DNA from: Gnetum montanum
Taxonomy: Eukaryota; Plantae; Gnetophyta
Reading direction: 5' to 3'
DNA length: 64,000 bases
Assembly: GCA_015680685.1 (NCBI GenBank)
Contig: MNCI01003323.1
Span: 187,538 to 251,537 of the forward strand
Positions 23,000 through 36,800 of the stretch are shown one piece after another. The number at the start of each line of letters is the position of its first letter. Position 1 is the stretch's first letter. Both the position numbers and the translations under genes were made by a program. The notes beneath the pieces are model-generated. The model saw only the letters and a program-made list of their open reading frames with translations, had not been told where the DNA came from and made no database searches.

Positions 23000-23905
23000 C
23001 AACGATACAAACAAGGAGTGAAACGCACCAATGTAGTGTAGCCGCCTGCTACGCTGTGGAGCGTAGCATGTTTGGTGTAGCATAGCTACCTACTACACTA
23101 TGCTATGCTATGCTATAGCATAGCATAGCATAGCCACCAATTCGAAGAAGAATTTTGCGTTAGAGTTAATTGTAGGTGCTAGAAGCCTTTGAAATGTATT
23201 GGTTGTTTCTGTATGTTTACTACGCTATGCTACGCTATGTAGCATAGCATAGCGTAGCAACTAGCCTTAACTATGATTTGCATTGCAAACATTTTTTGAA
23301 GATAATGCTGACAATTTGGAACCTTTAATCTTTTTGACATGAAGCTCTCGAACTTGCTGATCCTACATTTTGAGATGCCTTTTGCCATCCTTGCATCATC
23401 GCTACGTCGTGCTACACTACGTAGCATAGCATAACGTAGCAGCCAACAAAGCCTGCTTTCTTACTTAATTTGCTACTTCTCTAGTGAAAGGAGTTTTGCT
23501 AAAAGACTTGAAGTTGAGCGAAGAAACTAGTTTTGAAAGGTCGTAGGTGCTTGCTAAGTGCAATTAAAATCACTAAGAAATCTGGGCCTTTCTATCTTTC
23601 TTTTGCTACGCTGTGCTATGCTACGTAGCGTAGCATAGCATAGCACTTCATCCTGCAACTATCTTCTAAGGCTTGCTACGCTACATAGCCTAGCAAACTT
23701 CTTGACTAGAAAACTTGCCGAACTATTTTGTGTAGCCTAAGCACCACCGACAACCCCACGCATCGCTTCTGAGTAGACTATTAGTTGGATGAACTACCCA
23801 GATGGGCAAGCCAGAGAGTCCATTGGGCCTATCAACACTGGAAGTAGAAAATTTGCTGAACTGGACAGTCTAAACTCAGAGCATCCATTTCTTGCCGAAG
23901 TTTCA
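23000..23905 (-). repeat. E2 5' LTR, 3'-truncated by a deletion that also removed the PBS and gag
   Basis: Starts TGAAAC at 23905 (minus). gttcagcaaattttctac resembles the E1 LTR gttcagcaaaatcctac. Dense CTACGCTA/TAGCGTAG motifs. Confidence 0.6.
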
Positions 23906-24599
23906 TGACACTACCTAAATTCCAAGGACCCAGTGAAGTAAGAATGCCTTAAAAATTTAGGTTGTTTCAGTTTGGGCAAAGGCCTAGCTTACAGATTACT
24001 CTAGCTTACGGATTATTCTTTGCACATATGAAGTTGTATTATTCATTATTGAGTGCATTATACTCTAGGTCTTGGCCACATAGACTAAGGAATTACCTTG
24101 ATCCTACCATCACAAGATTCCTAGGGTTGTTAATCTTCACCTCCTGTTGGATGGTAAATGTATCAAGTGCATTTAATATCAACGTTGAAGGCTAATCTAG
24201 ATTCATGATCGCAAATTGAGTTGTCAAAGGAAGAGCTGCAGGTTGCCGGTTGCAAAGTACTATGGACAACACTAAAATTGACCCTATTTCAACTAACACC
24301 ACTGACTATTCTAACTACACTCTCCATGGACTATGCTCTCTATGCAAAGAGCTGACTACACTCTCCACAAACTACACTCTCTACATTGAGAGCTACCTAT
24401 GCTCTCCACATACTACACTCTCTATGCTAAGAGAACGAAGACTTAGGAAAATAGTGGAAAGAACTGTGATTTCAGTTGCTATGCAAGGTCCCGAGGGGAC
24501 CGACTATAGGGTCTAATCTACACTAATAGGTTGATAGACAACTACAATGTAGAGAGCACATAAGACAACCATAACAAAGTTCAAAAATGTGGTTCAGAT

Positions 24600-24614
24600 C
24601 TCCTTCTAGCGCCA
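24600..24614 (-). other. Primer binding site, tRNA-Asn type
   Basis: TGGCGCTAGAAGGAG, 5 nt after the LTR end; complementary to the plant tRNA-Asn 3' end as I recall it. Confidence 0.8.
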
Positions 24615-24619
24615 GAAAC

Positions 24620-25995
24620 TATAACAATCGAAAATGTCGACAGTTAGAACACCAAGGTTGATAGGCGCATAGCCTAACCTCAAATCCACATGACGGCCTA
24701 CTGGAGGTAGAGATGGGGTGCCCTAAATGATCTTGTTGATTGAATAGGGACTTACCAAATGTAATTAAGGTGTAGTATGGTTAGCCACGATGCTGATGTG
24801 AAATGGTGCTAAGTGTTTAAATGATGTCAATCGTGTTAACGATGTTAGGTTCAGTCAAGTTTTTCAGTGAAAATGAGGGAATTAACATATGGAAACCATT
24901 GCACAAGTGTAGTTGTAGGCATGGCTACATGATGAAATAATGAAAAATGCAAATTAAATGCTAAAAATGCAAAGAGAGACAAAAGCAGAACACCACCCCA
25001 AATGGGGTTGAGTGTAGTTAACACCAAAAGGGATTAGAAGGTATACGAGGTACAATAGGTGCAGTGGAGAGTGTAGTCATAGTCTCAAAGGTGTCTATAC
25101 GTGAAGATTGGTGCTTTCTATGGTGTCTATGTCTATCAGGTTGGCCATCGTGGTGTACCATGGGCTACCATGTTTTATTGGGCTACAATGGGGTTGTGGT
25201 GGGGTAGTGGAGGGCATAGTCTGAACACTTAGAAACTTTTGTAGTGATTGGCTTAACACTTCGAAAAATTTGCAAAAATAACCTTTTTGTTGACTATGCT
25301 CTAGGGTAGTGGAGAGAATAGTCTCAACACTTAGAAAAATATATAAAAACTGGCCTTCGTGTTGATTATGCTTGACTACACTTTGGGGCAGTGGAGATAA
25401 TAGTATTAGAACTTAGAAAAAACTACAAAAAAATTGGATTTGTGCTAACTACGCTCTCTATGAGAGGCTAACTATGCTCTGTGACAGTGAAGAGCATAGT
25501 CCCAACACTTGGAAAATTTTTTTGAAAAATGACCTTCATGTTGACTACCCTCTAGGGCAATGGAGAGCATAGTCCCAACACTCAAAAGAATTTGCAGTGA
25601 CTAGCATTATGTTGACACTTATAAAAAATTTCAAACCTAGCCTTTGTGTTGACTACGCTCTCCATGAGAGACTAATTATGCTCTGGGGTAGTGGAGAGCA
25701 TAATCACAACACTTAGAAACAATCTACAAAAATTGGCCTCCATGCTGACTATGCTTGATGATGCTCTAGAGTAGTGGAGAGTATAGTCTCAGCACTTAGA
25801 AAATTTTGCAGTGACTACCTTGACACTTAGAAAAATTTGCAAATTTGGCCTTTGTGCTGACTATGCTTGACTACACTCTGGGGTAGTGGAGAGCATAGTC
25901 TCTACACTTAGAAAATTTTGCAAAAAATGGCCTTGTGTTGACACTTAGACAAATTTGTAGTCAAGATGCCATAGTCCAAATTTGATGGTGTTTCA
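24620..25995 (-). repeat. E2b 5' LTR (~1.38 kb) with internal sub-repeats at 25200-25950
   Basis: TGAAACACCATCAAATTTGGACTATGGCAT...GTTA(T)A, homologous to 56719-58107. Confidence 0.85.
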
Positions 25996-27747
25996 TATAT
26001 CCCATTACTGCTAAATCCCTCAAAGCTACTAGAACAATTGTTAAAATTCAAACACATCCAATACAAAAAAATGTCTGAGGATGCCCACAAAACACATGAC
26101 AGATATTTCAAGTTACTAAGAAACCCCACTTCAGCGATGCCAAATGAGCCCTTGGTCCCAAGGAATTTTAGGCTAGACTAATTTTTTCATTACCATTAGT
26201 TGCCCAACCATAGCACAGATTTTTTCCTAACTTTACAAGACAACCTGCAAAGGATGATAGATAGAGGTGAGCTGGTACTTGATACTACAAACCCAGTTAG
26301 GTCCTAAAACTAGTCCATGAGGGTGTACAATGATCCTTTAGACATAGATGATGCTAGCTACATCATAAATGCTATTAGCATTGATGGTGGTCCAAAACCA
26401 ATGTAGCAACCATTCATGGTATGGATGCCCTCTAGCAATGTAAGGATCCCCTCAACTCCCACAAGTTTAAGGCATCCCTTCATTGTTAGAGCACCATCTC
26501 GAGCACCTATAGTGTCATTCATTGTTAGGGTCCCATAGCATGTCACATAAACTACAATTGACCAACCATCCTTTGTCATTAGAGTGACCAACATGCTAGC
26601 TCCTCACTTTTCTAAAGCCTAGTAGTAGGCAACACATCAATCCCCTCCTGTCCAAGGGCCAACCTCATTGGTAGCATGGGTAGACCCCCTAAGTCGCAAC
26701 ACAGGAGACCCAATGAATGTCTTGTAGATAAAATGGTTAGGCAACATCAAGACCAAAGAGTGTTGGGTCCATTAAAACTAGTTCCCATATCTATGATTCC
26801 CATGACGAAAAGAACTAAAGAGGCCACAACCAACAAATCACGAGAGAGCACTGAGGCACCTAAGCCAATCAAGTAAACAAAGCCTAAGTCACCTACATGA
26901 GGAATATATCTCTTAGGCTACATGGAAGAAGTCAAGGCTAACAAAAACATGTCCAATGGCAAGGACTTCATGAACGCATTAGCCCAAGTTAAGTAAGTGC
27001 TCAAACAAAAAAATACAACATTGAGCTTGTATGACCTGATCATGACCTTCCCTACCCATTGCAACGCATTGGTGTGGATGTTGACCTCCATTCCTATTAT
27101 AGAGGATATCCCTATAGATGATAACTCCATCCATGCAATGATGTTTCCCCCCACACTGCAATAATCAAGTTGCACATTCCTAGCATTCCGTGATGAAGCA
27201 ATTAAGGTCAACCCTGAGATGGACAAGGTCATAATAGCTCCAATGTTTATTACCATATGCTTTGGGCAATGCAAGATTCATAGAGTGCATGTCAACAATG
27301 GAGCAACCACAAACATAATACCATACACCATTGTGGATAGGCTAGGCCTCACAAACAAAATCAAGTCAACAAAAACCACATGCTTCAAATCCTTCAATGG
27401 ATCATGTGTCATCATCAGGGGTACCGTAACTATATATTTTCTAGTAGAAAAGCAATTCCCCACCACTTCCAAATTCATTTCCATTGAAGATATGTTGGGC
27501 TTTAGCCTAATATTGATTAGACTTTGGCTGGACAAGTTACAAGTTGTCTCCTCTTCGATTCATCAAGAGATCCACCTCCCGTATGAAGGTGGTGAAGTTA
27601 TCATCCACGATGATAATGTTGTCCCTTTGGCCATCAACAACATAGATATCGAGCAAGGTTCAAAGGTTGAGTTTCTTGATGATGTATTTGTGGCAGAAAA
27701 CGCAATGCATAAGGCAGACCCACCCAAAAAAAATAGTAGAAACCAAT
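25996..27747 (+). pseudogene. E3 gag (3' part) plus protease
   Basis: Degenerate zinc knuckle YH*LPNHSTD...LQDNLQRMIDRGEL, LKQKNTTLSLYDL, RVHVNNGATTNIIP, SSSIHQEIHLPYEGGEV. Confidence 0.85.
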
Positions 27748-29802
27748 TGTTACACCCCACCTAAATCTAGCAGGTATGGTCATGCTCTTATGATTAAGAC
27801 ATTACATGTGGAGTCTCAATGGGTTTTACGGTCTGAGTTAATGTATTTTATATGTCATGAGGCTTTATCTTTATGTTATGATTATGATGTCTTTACATGC
27901 TTAACTAACATGACTATGTACACTGGCCTTATATGATGTTTTAGACATGTGATGTTGCTAGCAAAGGTGTTGGATTGGGGTACAAGAGCACCAATCTGGT
28001 ATGTTTTTATACTTTATGTGTGATTTTGATATGTAGGCATTTGTACTATAACACTATGTTGCATGATGTTTGGGTGTGGGAATGTGTAGAGTGTCTGATA
28101 AGAATCTCGTAGGTTCAAACGAGTTCTGATTTGGAGTCCCAATGTGTTTATTACACAGGTTTAAAGTTGATGATATTAATTGTGGAGGAGAAAAAATATT
28201 AACTTATGAAAATCATTTGTTCCTAAAAAAAATAATAAATAATAAATAATAAATAATTCAAGTTAAAAACATAAAAAACAAAAATGTAAAGTAACTCACA
28301 TGACGTGAGGAAGGTACAATGTTGGTTTTCTTTTTTTGTTCAAAAAAAAAACATGAAGTAAACATATAATTTTTATATTGTTTTTTTACACCATCTCATC
28401 ATCACCACTTATGGAAGATATTGGGTTTTGGTTTCTATTTTTGTTTTTTTGTTCATAGAAATAGAAATGCACAAGAGTCTTTTTTCTTCCATTTTTCTTT
28501 CTAATCTCTTCTTTTTGTGGATTCTAAGCCTTGTAGATGTTTTTTTCTTATTCTAAACTTGGATTTGGGATTGTTGCAGTCATATCTACGTGGGTGCAGA
28601 ACTTGTTGGGAGTGAAACGAAGGCCTACTAGATTTTTGAGCATTTTCTCCTTATTTCAACCTTTCTACCCCAATAACTTTAATTGGTGGGTTTTCTTTAC
28701 CTTTTCCCTGTATTTTGTGCTGGATTAGTGTATATGATCATGTGATGGGAGCATGTGAGATGGATGGATCAAAGTTTAAGCTTAGTCATGTTATTTTGCA
28801 TATTTCCCAAAATTGTATGATTTTGGTTATGAATTTTTTATTAATATTATGGGATGTATGGTATGATGTGAATGTGTGGAATATGATATGTGATGTTGAC
28901 AAGGTTGGTGTGATAGGAATATTCTCTTTTCAAGGCCTATTGGGATGTGAGCATTTTTGGGCATTCCAATCCTTTTTTGTGGTACTTGATATTATTTAAA
29001 TATAATTTTATTCATTAAACTTTGAATTTGCATAATTTTTCTTCTAGGAGTCTGATTTAGGTAAAATTAGTCTCATTGGGATCATGTTGGAATGTACTTT
29101 CTAATCATGTTAGTTTTCTCTTTGGGAATATATCATTTTGAAGGTTATTCTAGTGGTCATTTGTATGGAAATACGTGTCTTTGGAGGTCTTCATGTTATT
29201 CTATTGCATCATGGTATTGTTTTCCTAGAATGACTATAATTGTTAGGGGTAGATATGTACAATTATGTTGTTTGGGTATGTTGTGCTTATGACCTGTGTT
29301 GGCTTAAGCTAGCCAAACTATGTATATGTTTTCATGACAACACGTGTGACGATCATTGGTGGGTGGTGCTAGCATGTGGGTGTGGACCAATTGATGATGA
29401 GGCACCCTAGAGGTAGTATGGATTGACTTCCACTGTGATTCATTAGTGAGGCTCCTATCTTAAGCCTCATCCTGAGAGTGGGAGAGTGTAGGTATGTTTG
29501 TCCCTATGGCTAGTCCATGGCATAGGTGTGCTCATCCCTATCACCAATCCTCTAGAAGGCTAGTGGTTGCGGGTCATAGGTTGATGGACCCTAGCACCAA
29601 TTGGATAAATAAAAGACCTACAAGTAATGGCTATTATGAGTACTCATGGCAACGTTTCACATGCTACACTGAGTGTGGATATGCTAGCAACCACGTGGGC
29701 TATGTCTATGATAGTATTGGTTTATGAGTCATATTTTTGAGAATAGGTGTTCTATTTGGATTATGATTGTGTGGATCATGGACTATTTATGATATATCAT
29801 GG
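27748..29802 (+). repeat. Tekay 5' LTR, part 1
   Basis: 29109-29802 matches 44052-~44783. Confidence 0.88.
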
Positions 29803-30375
29803 TGATGAATCACCATTTGTGTTAGTCACAATGTCAAGTATGTGACGTCAGGGCTACGACATTGCATACATGACATCGGGGCCTAGATCTGACATCGAAT
29901 ATCCAACGTCAAGGTATATTCCCCAAGTCTATAATTACCACACCTAGGCTCCATTTTTTAGTAAGTTTTTCATTAGTTAGTTTTCAATTTTCAAGAAAGG
30001 TAGTGAAGCTCTTGCTATTTTGTCCCCCTAGAGTTAGAATATTTTCTGAGTGCCCACAGAAGAAGTCTAGAGTGTGTATGGTTCTTTGTTCGAACATTGA
30101 TGTACCTGAGTGCAGCAATGTGACGGGAATAAAATGAACTCTTTTGACAATCCTTGTAGCACTAAGAATAGCTTAGTATTTTCTTTATTGCATTTTACTT
30201 TCTCATTCTTTAATTTAATGCATTTGATTAAGCAATTTATTTCTAGCAATTAATGAACATGAGCACGACCACTTCGAGCATTCATATAGTACTTGGTAAC
30301 CCAGTAATGCTTAATGTTTGGTAGCCTAGCAGTGTTAAATGTGTTTAGAAAAGTGAGATGGTTACTTGTATTATG
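29803..30375 (+). repeat. Athila-like 5' LTR, 3'-truncated (PBS lost)
   Basis: Matches 38017-~38588, then runs straight into gag-like sequence. Confidence 0.85.
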
Positions 30376-30379
30376 TCAA

Positions 30380-33300
30380 AACTAGAATCTACACTCCACA
30401 ATTCACAATCCCGATTCTGGTAACAAGGGATCCAATGATGAAGAAGGATCCAAAGGGGCAAGTCAAGATAGAGATGTCGACAAGAAGCATGATCATGATC
30501 ATGGTCATGATCAATAAAGAGGTAGTAGTAGGCATCGTGATGGTGCTAATTCTACTTCCTCTTCCTTTTTGTCATTTTCTTCTTCTTCTAGCTCTGACCA
30601 TGATCGCAGAAGGTGAGATCATGATGGAGGTCATCGAAATAAGCATAATGACTGACGAGACCATAATAATCAAGGGGACCATTGGGATAGACCAAATCAA
30701 GGGTGTAGACATTCAAGAGAGGCACATTTCCATGAATGAAGGGGTAGTAAAGGGCATTGTAGGAACCATGATCAAGGCCTCGATGAGCCTCTATTTGCTA
30801 CCCGAAGTATGCTTAACATTGTAGAGGCAATTAAAATCCCAACAAGACATGTGAAAGATAGTCAGATTAAACAATTAGACATGAACAATATTTCTTGATT
30901 TGAAGGAGGATATAACTCTGATCCATCGAAGCATCTTCAAGCTTTTGAAGATGCATGTGCCTTGCAAAACATAGAGAATGAGTGGCAAAAACTAAAGTTA
31001 TTTCCCAAGACACTCATCAAAGAAGTAGAGAATTGGTATTGATTCTTAGAATCAGAATCTATCAAACGATGGAGTACCATGCTTGAGATGTTCAATGATA
31101 AGTATCAAATGTACTCCCAGGTGTCCAACTTAAGGAAGAAAATTCAAGGGAGAAAACAAGGAGCACATGAACCCTTGGATGCCACCATTGGCCAATACTA
31201 TTCTTTGATGCATAAATGCCTTGGTCATGGTTATTCTCAATTGGGATTTCAAGCTATAAAGTAATGACTGTGAGTGCAAGAGACACAAGAAAGTTGAAGA
31301 GTCTAGAAAACAAAGTAATGCTCAAAATTGTTGAAGAGTCTAGAAAACAAGAAAGTTGAAGAGTCTAGAAAACAAGGTAATGACTATGAGGATTTCAATC
31401 TATCCTCAAAATTTTTGAAGAGTCTAGAAAACAAGGTAATGACTGTGAGTGCAAGAGACACAAGAAAGTTGAACGTGCATATTATAAAGCTAAGGGAAAA
31501 ATTTCTGCAATAGAAGAGGTTGTGGACAGTGAATTAGATAATGATCATGGATGTGATCTCTACCAATATGAACATCCTAAGGGATGTTTCCCTATTGTGT
31601 CACATCTTCAAGATTTTGGAATGTATGTTGTACATCCATGACTTACACAAAGGCAAACATCTAGAAGGTTGCCTTATCCTCAAGGTAATCTCAGGCAGTT
31701 CCACTAGCAACAACTGTATTATCCACCACAACCATATGAACAATACCGATAATGGCAGTAACCATAATCATGGGCATTTTCACCACCAAGGCAACAATAC
31801 CCTTACTGATAGCCTAATCCATATGGTTACCATGTTCAGCAATCCATGTCTCCACGTGACTCTTCTAGTCACATCTCTAATATTTAGCCTTACTACCATC
31901 CTTCTAATTACTATTGAACACCTTCTCCACATGAAAGAAGGGATGCCACCTCCTATCCTTATCCTCCTCCTGTCCCTGCACATACTCCTCCTCTAGGTGC
32001 ATAGCTACCACCTGCTTTACCAATGCAAGGTAAACTTCTTGCTCAATTGTAACAACACAATGTTACAAGGGGTGTTAATTTGCAACCCAATCATCAATTG
32101 GATGGGTCACATGCCCAATCAAATAAAAGACCTTTCTTTCAACCCATAGTCCACCTAAGTCTTCACCTATACCCATAGTTGACAACTCTACTCTTGCCTC
32201 TTCCTCCATATCAAATTCCTTTGAGCCTCCTTCAAACCAAACTCTGCCAAGGATCCATACTATAATGCTCACTTATACTATGTTTGATTAGATTCATGCA
32301 AGAAACCTTCCCAAGAAATTAGCCAATCCTGGAAGTCCTTTGATTTATTTACAGATTGTTGGAAACAAATCATGTAAGGCTCTTCTCAATTCAGGTTCTA
32401 ATGTTAATTTGATTTCTCATGAGATGTACACTATCTAGAACCTACCACCTCTTAAGAAAAGCAACATCAGATTGGAATTGGCAGACCAGTCCATCACTAT
32501 TCCATTGGAACTAGTAGAAGACATTATGACCACTATCTATGGGTGATATTATTCTACTGACTTCCTGGTAATCAAAGTGGAGAATTGCAAAGGGAACTTT
32601 CCAATCATCATGGGAAGAGCATAGCTAAGCACAGTAGATGCAAGAATGGGCATCAAAGATCTTTCCCTAGAAATCTCTAAAGAAAATGAATTTGGAAAGA
32701 TTGAGAAGAAGAGAGTTCCATGCATTGTGTACAGCAATAGTGGGTGCAATTATGTGTAGAAAATTTGGGACATCAAGCAAGAATCCATCTCTGCATTCAA
32801 GCAGTGTGCACCAGAAGTAGAAATTCAAATATGTTTGTATGAAGTAGCCAAAAAATAGGAGGATGCCTAATGGCTGACCACTGATTTAGAAAGCAACACA
32901 CTATGCATGGAACCAGCTGAGAGCCTAACATGTGAATATGTCACGAGGATGAATGAACTAGAGCAAGTTCATAACCAACTCTCCGATGATACAAATAATG
33001 ATACCTATTGGGGAGAGTTGGAAATTCCTAAGAACTTCAAGCAACCACCCCTTGAACTAAAAATGTTACTAGCTAGAATGGAATATGTATTTTTGAAAAA
33101 TAAGAAGCCAATTATAATCAATGCAAGACTTTCTCCAAAATAGAAAGAGATGTTATTGAAGGTAGTTAAAAGATGGTCAATAGCTTTTGCTTGTTTATAT
33201 CTTGAACTCACATGGATTGATCCTAGGATATGCCAACATCACATTTATGCCGACCTAGCCATGAAGCCAAAAAAAATAGCCATAGAGGTGGTTGAACCTC

Positions 33301-35870
33301 AAATTGAAGCAAATCATTGAGGAAATCGAGCAACTCCTCAAGGCAAGGTTCATCTATCCCATTGCAAATAGCAAGTGGGTTAATCCACTCATAATTGTGC
33401 CAAAGAAAGGTGATAAGTGGTAGGTTTGCATTGATTTTAGGCTACTAAATATGGCAACATTCAAGGTTCACTTTCCATTGCCATTTGTTGACCAAGTACT
33501 TGAAACAATATCAGGGCATTACTACCACAACTTCCTACATGGTTATAGTGGATAAAACCAAATCCAAGTTACATCAAAGGACCAAGTAAAGACAACAATC
33601 ACAAGTCCCTGGGGGAATTTTACATATCATAAGATGTTATTTGGTCTATGCAATGCTCCTATCACATGTCAATGCTTGGTCTTGAGCATCTTTCAACAAT
33701 AGATCAGTAGTGATGTAGAAGTCTTCATGGATGGCTTCTCCACCTATGGAGTTACATTTGAGCAAGCCCTAGACCACCTTAAGCAAGTGCTGAAATGATG
33801 TGTTAAAACTAACTTGCCCCTCAATTGGAAAAAATGTCACCTCATGGTCCAAGAGGGCATTGTATTGGGGCACAAAATATTTCAAGCAAGCATTGAGGTA
33901 GACCCTAAAAAAATAAGGTTCATCTAAGGAATAACCCACCAACCAAAAATAGTTAAAGACGTTTAGTCATTCCTTGAACATATTGGCTACTATTGACAAT
34001 TCATAGAGAATTTCTCTAAGATTTCAAAGCTATTGGTAGAGCTAACAAAGAAAGATGCTCCTTTTGTCTAGGCCCTAGAATGTGAAAAAGTGTTTCAACA
34101 ACTAAAAGAAAAGCTTGTGGAAACTCCAATTCTACAAGCACTTGACTGGTCCAGACCATTTCATATCCTGATAGATGCATCGAATTATGCTTTAGAAGAT
34201 GTGGTAATGTAGTTAGATGACAAGAAATGACCATACTACATCCACTACACTAGCTAAAGCATTATGGGTACATAATTGAACTACATCATTATAGAAAAAG
34301 AATTAATGGTGGTGGTGTTTGCTCTAGAGAAGTTCAAGCATTATGTGCTTGGATACAAGGTGCTTGTGCACATAGACCATAGTGTCATCTGCTTCTTAAT
34401 GAACAAACCAACAATGAGCCCCTGTGTCATACAATGGCTAGTGATCTTGCAGGAATTCGATTTTACAATGGTAAATCGAAAGGGCATTAAGAATTTGGCC
34501 ATGGATCACTTGTCTTAGTTGCAATGGGATGAAAAAGAGGAAGAAAGTCCATTATCTAATACGTTTCATGATGAACTCCTCTTTACTAGGGCAACAACTA
34601 AACAAATGCCCAATGAGCCAAAATGGTATGATAACATTCTCACCTATCTTCTCACTCAGGAGATGCCATAAGGGTTGGACCATTGGAGGAAATAGTAGTT
34701 TCTTCACCAAGTAAAGCACTTCATGGAGATCAATGGACACCTCTACAAGGTGTGCACTAATGGCCTGGTTCATTAGTGTATCCCTGATGCTTATCAATTG
34801 TGTGCTCTCCAAGATGCTCATAAAGGTCCTTGTGGAGGACACTATGCTAGGAGACACATAGCCATTAAAATCATGATGGTAGGGTACTATTGGCCAACAC
34901 TCTTTAGGGATGCTCACCATTTCATCCACTCTTGTGAATGATGCCAACGAGATGGTGGAATGACTGCTCAAATGGAGGGACCTCAATAATGGATTCAACC
35001 ATTAGAACCATTTGACATTTGGGGCATTGATTTCATGGGTACCATCATGTCCATGTTAAATAGAAAGGAATACATCATAGTCACTGTTGGCTATTGTACA
35101 AAATGGGAAAATGTAGCAGCCATCATCAACTATACATCCTCTACTACTACTTAGTTTATATAACAAAATGTTATAAACAAGTTTGGTGTGCCACATGCAT
35201 TAATTTCTAACAATGGAACTCATTTTATAAGCACTACTTTTCAAAATCTCATGCAATGCTTGGGGGTTGAACATAAACTCACAACACCTTATCATCCCCA
35301 AGCTAATGGTTAGGCTAAGGCTACCAATAGGGAAATCATAAGAATACTAACAAGAATTGTTAGAAAGTATAGGAAAGACTAGAGCATGAACCTCAAAAAT
35401 GCCCTTTGGGCTTACCACTCAACTTGGAAACTTCCTATAGGCTACTCTCCCTATGAGCTTGTGTGTGAAAAACTACCAAAACTTCCTATTTAATCTAAAC
35501 TTCATACACTTTCAATGGCTTGTGAGCTTGACCTTGACTTAAGTCTAGCCCAAAAAGAAAGATTAATGAATCTCAAACTGTTAAACAAAGATTGATTAGT
35601 AGCCTATAACAAAAAGTGTCATGACCTAAAAATTAAAAAAGTCAAATGTCAACTGAGAGATAAGGTTCTCTACTAGAACCCCACAAATGTACCTTAACAA
35701 ATTAAGTTCCAAACATTGTGGGAAGGACCTTATATTATTTATGAGACTTTTCCTTCTAAGGCCATGATGATCTATAAACCTAAGAGCCAAAACAAAAAAT
35801 AGATTGTCAACATCCAATAAATTAAACCTTTCCATGAGCATACACCAACTAACACAAAAGCACCTCATTA
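30380..35870 (+). pseudogene. Athila-like gag-pol, heavily decayed
   Basis: DPSKHLQAFEDAC, KLKLFPKTL, ALLNSGSNVNLI (PR), CIDFRLLN, FGLCNAP, EKELMVVVFALEKF, WGIDFMG, YHPQANG. Confidence 0.9.
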
Positions 35871-36564
35871 GATGGACAACCATGCTCAATATTTTCGATC
35901 TCCTCCTTCTTTTAACTTAGAAGTGGGGAAGATGGACAATCATGCTAACCATTCAAGTGGCTCCTTAGTTTGTCAACCTTTTTATTTTACATATTTTTCA
36001 TTTTACAACTTTTTGTTTTACACATTCTTCCTTTTACATCTTTTTGTTTTTATGTTATTAATCTTTTCTAATTTTTTTTTGCACCATCATTCATACATTT
36101 TCTATTTCTAAAATATTTTACACTTTCTTTTATATTTTCTCTTATTTGGTGTGGTTTTCTAACTTTCTATTAATAAGTGCCAAGTACATTGGTAATGCAT
36201 ATCTTATGGTGGTTTGTACTATTTTTTATTTAACTATTGCTGTCTGATTTCTAGCTTTGAATTTTAGTACGAATAATTAGGAAATTTCTTCTTTTCATGT
36301 AATAGGCAATGAATGCACAACATCCACCCATCCACACACTCTATGATTTTCCTTGTTCTAGAAACGTGCAGTACCTTTTTCATTAGTAAAAATTTAATAA
36401 ATTTGTAACTTTGGTAGTTTCTAGAATTGGGAACAATTCAAGGATTTGAATAGGATGTGGCTTCAATGGGATTCAGTATTCTTTGTACTTTTCTATTTTC
36501 TTGGGTGCATGTGTGTTTTCATGGACTTCTTACCATTTTATGTCATCCAATAAAAGGAAGTTGA

Positions 36565-36800
36565 ATAAGTCCTTGCATGGTGTGATTCTCATAAAAAAAA
36601 CAAACCAATGAGAATTCAAAGCACATCCCTTGGACAAAATAAATGCATATGTCCTTACATGGTGTGGTTCTCATCAAGAAGAAAAAATAATAAGAATTCA
36701 AAGCACAGCCCTTGGACAAAATAAATGCATTTGTCTTTGCATGGTGTGATTTCCATTTCAAAAAAACAATAGGAATTCAAAGCACACCCCTTAGGTAGAA
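36565..36800 (+). repeat. About 3 imperfect ~85-bp tandem units in the Athila 3' region
   Basis: catggtgtgrtt...gaattcaaagcacanccctt recurs three times. Confidence 0.75.

Larger units (their letters stand above)
13072..23905 (-). mobile_element. E2: same Tat-like lineage; gag deleted; 3' end displaced by the E1 insertion
   Basis: Partial 5' LTR, PR remnant, antisense gene, pol and 3' array, collinear with E1 on the opposite strand. Confidence 0.85.
23906..25995 (-). mobile_element. E2b: 5' LTR, PBS and 5' leader of an E3-subfamily element, interrupted by E2
   Basis: The LTR aligns closely with the E3 3' LTR. Leader and LTR carry the E3-type GACTACGCTC motif, not the E2-type motif. Confidence 0.7.

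Noticed and set aside
24620-25995. This LTR as the 5' LTR of E2, or as the partner LTR of E3
   Set aside because: It is inverted relative to E3 and has its own PBS. Its motif type matches E3 rather than E2, and E2 has a separate LTR start at 23905.
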